Assembly (NCBI RefSeq): GCF_000009045.1
Contig: NC_000964.3
Span: 4,030,001-4,094,000, forward strand
Length of the DNA: 64,000 nucleotides
Direction: 5' to 3'
Origin: Bacillus subtilis subsp. subtilis str. 168
Lineage (GTDB): Bacteria > Bacillota > Bacilli > Bacillales > Bacillaceae
The notes beneath the pieces were generated by a model. That model was not told the DNA's origin. It did no database searches and saw nothing but the letters and a program-made list of their open reading frames with translations. A program made the translations under genes and the position numbers. Numbering within the stretch: position 1 is the stretch's first letter; each line of letters begins with the position of its first letter. Positions 56,802 through 64,000 of this stretch are shown one piece after another.

Positions 56802-57452
56802 ATGAAACTTAAATATGTAAAAGCCTTAGTTGCAGTAACCGTTGCTTTAGGTGTACTGCTGCCATCAACGATTTCTCATGCAAAGAGCTTTAGCGGCCGC
56901 TCATCATCTAGTTACAGCAGCCGAAGTTCAAGCTCATCATACAGCGGAAGCTATAAATCAAGCCCGAAATCAAGCTACAGCTCAGGATCAAGCTCTTCTA
57001 GCAAAAAATCCAAGACGTCTGACGATTCATCATCATCGATTTCGCTTAAAAAGAAGCCTTCGGAAAAGGCAAGTTCATCAAGCTCTAAAAAATCGTCAGG
57101 CACCTTTTCCGGCGCTACATCAAAAGTAACCGGAAAGACATACAGCGGAAAAACGTCTAAAGCCTATGTTGGCGGACGTTATGTTTCAGTCAATCATTAC
57201 TATCACGCAGGTTTCGCGCCATCAGGATGGTTTGGATATTATAGCGGATTTACAATGGGTATGTTCATGATCAGCATGATGCACCCATGGGGTTACACCT
57301 ATCATCCAGTCGGAGGCCCCGGTTATGTTTCTTATGGCGCTTCACCCATTGCCTGGATCGTTGATATCATCGCTTTGATTATTATTTTAATCATTGTCAT
57401 CGCATTGATTCGCGCATTTAAAGCACCGAAGACGTACAGAAGGAGATTTTAG
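56802..57452 (+). CDS. yxcE: Exported/membrane-anchored protein with Ser/Lys-rich low-complexity region (216 aa)
   Basis: Signal peptide ending SHA, poly-Ser tract, Gly/Tyr-rich segment, C-terminal TM and basic tail. GGAGG RBS. Confidence 0.88.
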   Translation: MKLKYVKALVAVTVALGVLLPSTISHAKSFSGRSSSSYSSRSSSSSYSGSYKSSPKSSYSSGSSSSSKKSKTSDDSSSSISLKKKPSEKASSSSSKKSSGTFSGATSKVTGKTYSGKTSKAYVGGRYVSVNHYYHAGFAPSGWFGYYSGFTMGMFMISMMHPWGYTYHPVGGPGYVSYGASPIAWIVDIIALIIILIIVIALIRAFKAPKTYRRRF

Positions 57453-57455
57453 GCA

Positions 57456-57764
57456 ATGAGATTAATATTAAATGAGCAAGAAATTGTAGACGGAATTTGC
57501 GTGTATATTTCCAATGAAGAAGATATCTACCCTGAAGACGTTGAAGTAAAAGAACTATCGTACAACAAGCGTACAGGGTTCTTCGCTGAAGCTACATTTG
57601 GCCTGCACCACAAGCAGCTTATGTCAGATGACATTTCAGAAGGCATTATTCAGTTCTTAGAGGAATACCACAACTTCAATCCGGACGTTACCGTCGTTGA
57701 ATTGCAATTTGATAAGAAAAAAGGCTTCTCCGCCTTGGTTTTTGTCAACGAAGCAGAAGAATAA
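57456..57764 (+). CDS. yxcD: Small acidic YxcD-family protein (102 aa)
   Basis: Starts 3 nt after the yxcE stop. Acidic and globular. Confidence 0.85.
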   Translation: MRLILNEQEIVDGICVYISNEEDIYPEDVEVKELSYNKRTGFFAEATFGLHHKQLMSDDISEGIIQFLEEYHNFNPDVTVVELQFDKKKGFSALVFVNEAEE

Positions 57765-57777
57765 AAATGTCTTAATC

Positions 57778-57808
57778 AAACCTTACTCCGCGCGGGTAAG
57801 GTTTTTTT
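57778..57808 (+). terminator. Terminator after yxcD
   Basis: AAACCTTAC-TCCGCGCGG-GTAAGGTTTTTTT. Confidence 0.85.
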
Positions 57809-57908
57809 AATGGTTTCTCTGAGCATAAAGTTATTTCGTTTTTCCTAAACTCAGCGGATCTGTGATCATCTCTTTTGGCTATAAAGTTTCCGTTTTTTCA
57901 AAACAAAT

Positions 57909-57935
57909 GTTTCAAATGAGATAGGAAATGGGTAC
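57909..57935 (+). promoter_or_regulatory. sigma-B promoter of csbC
   Basis: GTTTCA-N15-GGGTAC. Confidence 0.75.
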
Positions 57936-58001
57936 TAATCTATTAACTTTGTTACATATTTTTAGATACTCATTGGCTCAACAACTGAGGAGGAGACATT
58001 T

Positions 58002-59387
58002 GTGAAGAAAGACACAAGGAAATATATGATCTACTTTTTCGGCGCTTTAGGGGGACTGCTATATGGTTACGATACAGGTGTTATCTCCGGAGCACTCCTG
58101 TTTATCAATAACGATATTCCTTTAACGACATTGACAGAAGGATTGGTTGTCAGCATGCTGCTCCTTGGCGCGATTTTCGGTTCTGCCTTGAGCGGCACAT
58201 GCTCAGACCGCTGGGGCAGGAGAAAGGTTGTATTTGTCCTTTCCATCATTTTTATTATCGGTGCGCTCGCTTGCGCATTTTCTCAAACAATCGGCATGCT
58301 GATTGCATCTAGGGTGATACTCGGGTTGGCCGTCGGCGGTTCAACGGCACTTGTGCCCGTGTATCTTTCCGAAATGGCACCGACGAAAATTCGCGGGACA
58401 CTCGGCACAATGAACAACTTAATGATTGTCACCGGGATTTTGCTCGCCTATATCGTTAACTACCTGTTCACACCGTTTGAAGCGTGGCGCTGGATGGTCG
58501 GTCTGGCTGCAGTGCCTGCCGTGCTTCTATTAATCGGCATCGCCTTCATGCCGGAATCGCCAAGATGGCTCGTGAAGCGCGGCAGCGAAGAAGAAGCGAG
58601 ACGCATCATGAACATCACTCATGACCCCAAAGACATCGAAATGGAATTGGCAGAGATGAAGCAAGGGGAAGCGGAGAAAAAAGAAACGACACTTGGCGTG
58701 CTGAAAGCCAAGTGGATTCGCCCTATGCTTCTGATTGGCGTCGGCCTTGCCATTTTCCAGCAGGCAGTCGGCATTAACACGGTCATCTACTACGCGCCAA
58801 CCATTTTTACGAAGGCCGGTCTTGGCACATCAGCTTCGGCGCTCGGCACAATGGGAATCGGCATCCTCAACGTCATCATGTGTATCACTGCCATGATCTT
58901 AATTGACCGTGTCGGCCGCAAAAAACTTCTGATCTGGGGAAGTGTCGGCATCACACTGAGCCTTGCTGCTTTATCAGGCGTGCTCCTGACACTGGGGCTT
59001 TCCGCATCAACAGCGTGGATGACAGTAGTCTTTCTCGGTGTCTATATCGTCTTTTACCAGGCGACATGGGGTCCGGTAGTGTGGGTGCTCATGCCTGAGC
59101 TCTTCCCGTCCAAAGCACGCGGAGCCGCGACAGGGTTCACGACTTTGGTGTTATCGGCGGCTAACCTGATCGTGTCGCTTGTCTTCCCGCTGATGCTAAG
59201 CGCGATGGGCATCGCATGGGTCTTTATGGTTTTCTCAGTCATTTGTCTTCTCTCATTTTTCTTCGCGTTCTACATGGTACCGGAAACCAAAGGGAAAAGC
59301 TTGGAGGAAATTGAAGCAAGCCTGAAAAAACGGTTTAAAAAGAAGAAAAGCACCCAAAACCAAGTGCTGAATGAGCGTACATTATAA
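58002..59387 (+). CDS. csbC: MFS sugar porter, general-stress
   Basis: LGGLLYGYDTGVISGA, SDRWGRR, PESPRWL and VPETKGKSLEEIE. Confidence 0.95.
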   Translation: MKKDTRKYMIYFFGALGGLLYGYDTGVISGALLFINNDIPLTTLTEGLVVSMLLLGAIFGSALSGTCSDRWGRRKVVFVLSIIFIIGALACAFSQTIGMLIASRVILGLAVGGSTALVPVYLSEMAPTKIRGTLGTMNNLMIVTGILLAYIVNYLFTPFEAWRWMVGLAAVPAVLLLIGIAFMPESPRWLVKRGSEEEARRIMNITHDPKDIEMELAEMKQGEAEKKETTLGVLKAKWIRPMLLIGVGLAIFQQAVGINTVIYYAPTIFTKAGLGTSASALGTMGIGILNVIMCITAMILIDRVGRKKLLIWGSVGITLSLAALSGVLLTLGLSASTAWMTVVFLGVYIVFYQATWGPVVWVLMPELFPSKARGAATGFTTLVLSAANLIVSLVFPLMLSAMGIAWVFMVFSVICLLSFFFAFYMVPETKGKSLEEIEASLKKRFKKKKSTQNQVLNERTL

Positions 59388-59424
59388 AAAAAGGAATCGT
59401 CTCCTTATGAGACGATTCCTTTTT
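59386..59424. terminator. Bidirectional terminator csbC/htpG
   Basis: AAAAAGGAATCGTCTC-N-GAGACGATTCCTTTTT. Confidence 0.92.
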
Positions 59425-59428
59425 CTGT

Positions 59429-61309
59429 TTACACCATGACCTTGCAAATATTGTTCGTAAATTCCACAGGGTCCTGAATCGGCAGGCCTTCGATGAGGAG
59501 CGCCTGATTGTACAGAAGGTTTGTGTACAGGCTCAGCTTCTCTTTATCTTGTTCAAACGCGTCCTGCAGTGTTTGGAATACCTCGTGATTTGGGTTGATT
59601 TCCAGCACTTTTTCCGCCTTCACATTTTGGCTGTCAGGCATCGCATTTAAGATTTTTTCCATCTCAATTGTCACTTCGCCGTCAGCAGCAAGGCAGACTG
59701 GATGTGATTTAAGCCGTTTTGAGATTCTGACGTTTTTCACTTTGTCTGACAGAATGTTTTTCATTTCCTCAAACAGATCCTTATACTTGCTTTCCTCTTC
59801 CTCGGACTGCTTTTGATCCTCATCCGTGTCTATGCCAAGGTCTCCGCTTGATACGGACTTGAATTCTTTTTCCTGATAAGAAGCCAGCATTTTAATTGCA
59901 AACTCATCGATGTCCTCAGTAAAGTAGAGGATTTCATAGCCTTTGTCCGCCACCATTTCCGTTTGCGGCAGTTTCTCAATGCGGTCGTAAGAATCACCGG
60001 TCGCGTAATAAATGAATTTCTGCTCCTCTGGCATTCTGGAAACATACTCGTCTAAGCTGACCAGTTTTTTCTCTTTTGAAGAGTAGAATAAGAGGAGATC
60101 CTTCAATTGATCCTTATTCGCGCCAAAATCATTGTACACGCCGAATTTCAGCTGTCTGCCGAACGACTTGTAGAACGTCTCGTATTTCTCGCGGTCTTTT
60201 TTCAACAGGCTTTGCAGCTCGCTTTTGATTTTCTTGCTGATGTTTTTCGCGATCAGCTTCAGCTGGCGGTCATGCTGCAGCATTTCTCTGGAAATATTCA
60301 GCGACAGATCCTCAGAATCGACCATGCCCTTCACAAAGCTGAAGTGGTCCGGTAGCAGGTCTGCGCACTTATTCATGATCAGCACGCCATTGGAATACAG
60401 CTCCAAGCCTTTCTCATATTCCTTGGAATAGTAGTCAAACGGCATGTTTTCAGGGACGAATAGAATCGCGTTGTAGCGAACCGCTCCATCCACGCTGATA
60501 TGAACGTGTGTCAGCGGTTTATCAAACCCGTAATGCTTTTCAGCATAGAATTTTTCATAATCCTCATCTGTCAGCTCGCTTTTGTTTTTTCTCCAGATCG
60601 GCACCATGCTGTTGACCGTCTGCTCTTCCTGCACCTCTTCAAATTCATTTTCGCTGCCTTCCTTCGGCTTATTAATGGTTGTATCCATTTTGATCGGGTA
60701 GCGAATGAAGTCGGAGTACTTCTTGATGATCGCTTTTAAACGATATTCCTCTAAAAACTCGTCATAGCTGTCATCTTCTGTGTTCTCTTTGATTTTCAGG
60801 ATAATGTCTGTACCGACAGAATCCTTTTCACACGGCTCAATCGTATAGCCGTCTGCACCCGCAGACTCCCATTTATAAGCCTCTTCGCTGCCAAGCGCTT
60901 TACTGATGACTGTCACGACATCGGCAACCATAAATGCCGCGTAAAAACCGACACCGAACTGCCCGATAATGTCATGTCCGTCTTTCAGCTCGTTTTCCTT
61001 TTTAAACGCGAGGGAACCGCTTTTTGCAATTGTTCCAAGATGCTGTTCAAGCTCATCCTTTGTCATTCCGATCCCCGTATCAGAGATGGTTAATGTTCTC
61101 GCATCTTTGTCAGCTGCGACCTTTATGTAGTAACTGTCTTTATCAAACGTAAGCGCATCGTCCGTAAGCGCTTTGTAATAGATTTTGTCAATCGCATCAC
61201 TCGAATTGGAGATTAACTCGCGCAGGAAAATTTCTTTTTGGGTATAAATGGAGTTAATCATCATATCCAGCAAGCGTTTAGACTCTGCTTTAAACTCTTT
61301 TTTCGCCAC
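59429..61309 (-). CDS. htpG: Hsp90-family chaperone HtpG (626 aa)
   Basis: [18 protein letters not shown] and [12 protein letters not shown] start after AAGGAG. Confidence 0.98.
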   Translation of the reverse strand: MAKKEFKAESKRLLDMMINSIYTQKEIFLRELISNSSDAIDKIYYKALTDDALTFDKDSYYIKVAADKDARTLTISDTGIGMTKDELEQHLGTIAKSGSLAFKKENELKDGHDIIGQFGVGFYAAFMVADVVTVISKALGSEEAYKWESAGADGYTIEPCEKDSVGTDIILKIKENTEDDSYDEFLEEYRLKAIIKKYSDFIRYPIKMDTTINKPKEGSENEFEEVQEEQTVNSMVPIWRKNKSELTDEDYEKFYAEKHYGFDKPLTHVHISVDGAVRYNAILFVPENMPFDYYSKEYEKGLELYSNGVLIMNKCADLLPDHFSFVKGMVDSEDLSLNISREMLQHDRQLKLIAKNISKKIKSELQSLLKKDREKYETFYKSFGRQLKFGVYNDFGANKDQLKDLLLFYSSKEKKLVSLDEYVSRMPEEQKFIYYATGDSYDRIEKLPQTEMVADKGYEILYFTEDIDEFAIKMLASYQEKEFKSVSSGDLGIDTDEDQKQSEEEESKYKDLFEEMKNILSDKVKNVRISKRLKSHPVCLAADGEVTIEMEKILNAMPDSQNVKAEKVLEINPNHEVFQTLQDAFEQDKEKLSLYTNLLYNQALLIEGLPIQDPVEFTNNICKVMV

Positions 61310-61459
61310 TCTTGATCGCTCCTTTACCATTATGTAAACCCTTTTCAGCATCTATTTATCACATAAGATGACAATTGTCAATTAGATTGATAGATGCATA
61401 TATATGTAAATTTAACATTAGTTGGATTTGTTTTCACTCTTTTTCTCACTCATTCTCAT

Positions 61460-61493
61460 AAAAAAGAGAGGCTTCATCATCCTCTCTTTTTTT
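61460..61493 (-). terminator. Terminator at the end of yxcA
   Basis: AAAAAGAGAGG...CCTCTCTTTTT hairpin overlapping the yxcA stop. Confidence 0.7.
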
Positions 61494-61728
61494 CTGTGTC
61501 ATTCCAACGGCCAAACTCCCGCTTCATCCATATATGCACCGGGTAGAAAAACAAACCGAACGGTATCAAAAACAAAAGATTATGCCATGAAGCATTCAGA
61601 AATGCGCTTGCAGTCACCGGGAACGTAATCTCTTGCAATAAAAAAGAGATGACAGTCAGCACAACAAATGCAGATGGAATGGTCACGATGCAATAAAACT
61701 TGAGCTCCTTCTTATGCTGTACCTTCAA
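61477..61728 (-). CDS. yxcA: Small 2-TM membrane protein (83 aa)
   Basis: Two hydrophobic segments. GGGAGG RBS with TTG start. Confidence 0.75.
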   Translation of the reverse strand: MKVQHKKELKFYCIVTIPSAFVVLTVISFLLQEITFPVTASAFLNASWHNLLFLIPFGLFFYPVHIWMKREFGRWNDTEKKRG

Positions 61729-61792
61729 ACATACAAACCTCCCAACAATTTCTAATTCATCTTAACATATGCTGGCCTTTCTTTTCTCGCAT

Positions 61793-61817
61793 GTTTATCA
61801 CTGCACATAGCGGGAAG
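61793..61817 (+). promoter_or_regulatory. sigma-B promoter of yxbG
   Basis: GTTTAT-N13-GGGAAG. Confidence 0.7.
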
Positions 61818-61844
61818 ACAAATAGAAAAAGGAGGTCTCGTATC

Positions 61845-62666
61845 ATGGGAAGACTTGAAAACAAAACAGCAGTTATCACAGGCGCCGCGACAGGCATTGG
61901 TCAAGCGACGGCGGAGGTTTTTGCCAATGAAGGCGCGCGTGTGATCATCGGAGATATCAATAAAGATCAAATGGAAGAAACAGTTGACGCAATCAGAAAA
62001 AACGGAGGACAGGCCGAATCCTTTCACCTCGATGTGTCAGATGAAAACAGTGTGAAAGCATTTGCTGATCAAATCAAGGATGCATGCGGAACGATTGATA
62101 TTCTGTTTAATAATGCCGGCGTTGATCAGGAAGGCGGAAAGGTGCACGAATATCCGGTTGACCTGTTTGACCGCATTATCGCCGTCGACCTGCGCGGCAC
62201 ATTCCTTTGCAGCAAATATTTGATTCCGCTCATGCTCGAAAATGGAGGCTCCATCATCAACACCTCCTCCATGTCAGGCCGTGCCGCGGACCTTGACCGC
62301 TCCGGCTACAACGCCGCAAAAGGCGGTATCACCAACCTGACAAAGGCAATGGCAATCGACTACGCACGAAACGGCATCCGCGTCAATTCCATTTCACCGG
62401 GCACGATCGAAACACCGCTGATTGACAAATTAGCAGGCACAAAAGAACAGGAAATGGGCGAACAATTCCGCGAAGCCAACAAATGGATCACGCCGCTCGG
62501 ACGTCTTGGCCAGCCCAAAGAAATGGCAACAGTGGCACTGTTCCTCGCATCAGACGACAGCTCATACGTCACAGGAGAAGACATCACCGCAGACGGCGGC
62601 ATCATGGCGTACACATGGCCTGGGAAGATGCTGATTGAGGAGAAATGGAAGGAAGAAACGAAATAA
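61845..62666 (+). CDS. yxbG: Short-chain dehydrogenase/reductase (273 aa)
   Basis: TGAATGIG, NNAG and YNAAK. Confidence 0.95.
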   Translation: MGRLENKTAVITGAATGIGQATAEVFANEGARVIIGDINKDQMEETVDAIRKNGGQAESFHLDVSDENSVKAFADQIKDACGTIDILFNNAGVDQEGGKVHEYPVDLFDRIIAVDLRGTFLCSKYLIPLMLENGGSIINTSSMSGRAADLDRSGYNAAKGGITNLTKAMAIDYARNGIRVNSISPGTIETPLIDKLAGTKEQEMGEQFREANKWITPLGRLGQPKEMATVALFLASDDSSYVTGEDITADGGIMAYTWPGKMLIEEKWKEETK

Positions 62667-62689
62667 GAGAGGGAGCCCCCTCTCTTTTT
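62665..62689. terminator. Terminator between yxbG and yxbF
   Basis: AAGAGAGGG-AGCC-CCCTCTCTTTTT. Confidence 0.8.
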
Positions 62690-62694
62690 GTCTT

Positions 62695-63837
62695 TTAAAG
62701 CAATACAACCTTATATTTCTTCACATCCAAAAACTGCAAAAACTCCCTCGCCAGCACTTCAGGCGGATGCGCCTTTCCTTCATCCAGCCGATACAAAAGC
62801 AACCCGATAATCATTGCGGATACATAATGGGCATAAAGCTTTTTCTCTGCGTGAATATCAGTTTGCTGATGCAGATAAAACGATTCCAGCGCTTTGAACA
62901 TATCAGGTATCACATGAGGAACACCCCATTCCCGATTGAGAAAATGGACAATGGGCATGTTTGACAAAGCAGAAAGCAGAATGGCGAGCGCCTTCTCCGC
63001 TTCCTTTAAGGAAAATTCATTCGGGCTGGAGGCAATCGTCAGGTGATCAATGATCTCCGCACATGATCGCTGTATCATGGTTTGGAGCAATTCCTCCTTA
63101 TTGGCATAGTGATCATAAAAGGTTGCACGGCGGATATTGCTTTTACGCGTAATATCTGAAATCGTGATGCCCGCGTAGTCTTGTTTCTCCGCCAATACAT
63201 CCAGAAATGCCTTCTGCAGCGCCTCTCTCGTTCGAACCACCCGCCTGTCGATTTGCTTCTCCTTCTCTCGCTCTCCTGGCACAGCTTTTCCAAACAGCCA
63301 ATAAAACCGCTTTTGAGAAACAAGCTCCCATACCTTCTGGCTGATGGCTTCAGGAGACGCGGCCGCATCCTCATTCAGCCAATACAGGATAATCGCGTAC
63401 GTGTACAAGGCCCGATAATGTCCATAAATGTCCCGTTCAATCGGCGTTAAATTCACATGGATCGGAGCCAGCAGCACATCCTGCTGAAACACATCCTTAA
63501 AAAAACGATGAAAATGTCCTCTGTTCATCATCACAGAAAAAAAGGAACGATGCTCATGAACAAAGGACAGCGTCGGATGCACCGTTTGCCGTTTTTTGTT
63601 CAAATGAAGGGTATCCATATGACTGAAGGCGTCAAAAAGCGCTTTGCCCAGTCCTTCCTTCATGTCTTCGATCACATCCTCAATGATTGAAAACTTATCC
63701 TCATAATAAAGGTAGAGCGATCCGCGGCTCACTTTGGCCTTCTCAGCGATTTCTTTCATTGTGATGTGTTGAATATCTCTATCTTTCAATAAAGCCAGCA
63801 GCGCCTCTTTCACTTGAGCTTCGGCAGATTCCGGCAC
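62695..63837 (-). CDS. yxbF: Tandem double TetR/AcrR-family regulator (380 aa)
   Basis: Two TetR HTHs (ITMKEIAEKAKVSRGSLYLYY and ITISDITRKSNIRRATFYDHY). GTG start after GGAGGTG. Confidence 0.88.
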   Translation of the reverse strand: MPESAEAQVKEALLALLKDRDIQHITMKEIAEKAKVSRGSLYLYYEDKFSIIEDVIEDMKEGLGKALFDAFSHMDTLHLNKKRQTVHPTLSFVHEHRSFFSVMMNRGHFHRFFKDVFQQDVLLAPIHVNLTPIERDIYGHYRALYTYAIILYWLNEDAAASPEAISQKVWELVSQKRFYWLFGKAVPGEREKEKQIDRRVVRTREALQKAFLDVLAEKQDYAGITISDITRKSNIRRATFYDHYANKEELLQTMIQRSCAEIIDHLTIASSPNEFSLKEAEKALAILLSALSNMPIVHFLNREWGVPHVIPDMFKALESFYLHQQTDIHAEKKLYAHYVSAMIIGLLLYRLDEGKAHPPEVLAREFLQFLDVKKYKVVLL

Positions 63838-63979
63838 AAAAGACACCTCCAATCATTAGACAGATCTTAGATATATGTACGGTAACGTATAGATGGTTCA
63901 CCGTTGTCTTTCTTACAGAAAAGGTACCACCTTATAATAGGTCCGAGAAAAGAAGAAAGCAAATGAGGGGGATTTTACA

Positions 63980-64000
63980 ATGGAACAGCAAGTAAAGGAC
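63980..64000 (+). CDS. aldX: Start of aldehyde dehydrogenase AldX (MEQQVKD..., truncated by window end)
   Basis: GAGGGGG RBS then ATG. Only 7 codons are visible, so identity comes from recalled gene order. Confidence 0.55.

Noticed and set aside
56860-57110. Poly-Ser repeats (TCA/AGC/TCT-rich) in yxcE as a repeat array or CRISPR
   Set aside because: This is in-frame low-complexity coding sequence with mixed codons, with no fixed-length repeats or spacers.

Overview
A gene-dense 64 kb window of a Bacillus subtilis chromosome. Gene order and protein sequences match my recollection of the strain 168 wapA-aldX region; I could not run a database check. Left to right it holds: the wapA 5' end, yxxF, yxiE, the bglPH beta-glucoside operon (LicT RAT/terminator, cre), an AT-rich LXG/type VII polymorphic toxin locus (yxiB-yxiC-yxiD-yxxD-yxxE), abn2, the hutPHUIGM histidine operon, deoR/deoC-nupC-pdp, the yxeK-R succinated-cysteine salvage operon, yxeI-yxeC, the Fur-controlled yxeB, the Bce-like yxdJK-yxdLM-yxeA module, the full iolA-J/iolRS inositol cluster, yxcE-yxcD, csbC, htpG, yxcA, yxbG, yxbF and the first codons of aldX. 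I saw no tRNA/rRNA genes, CRISPR arrays, IS elements or prophage. Most of the window is well-studied metabolism. The best leads are: (i) the LXG locus, with a sharp compositional switch inside yxiD and a second, CdiI-like, probably orphan immunity gene yxxE; (ii) an 18-codon RBS-preceded leader ORF whose end overlaps the yxxF Shine-Dalgarno; (iii) the uncharacterised yxcE-yxcD pair; (iv) an antisense-oriented terminator in the bglP leader; (v) an apparent frameshift remnant under yxeJ; (vi) a perfect palindrome over the htpG -35; (vii) related hairpins between iol genes.
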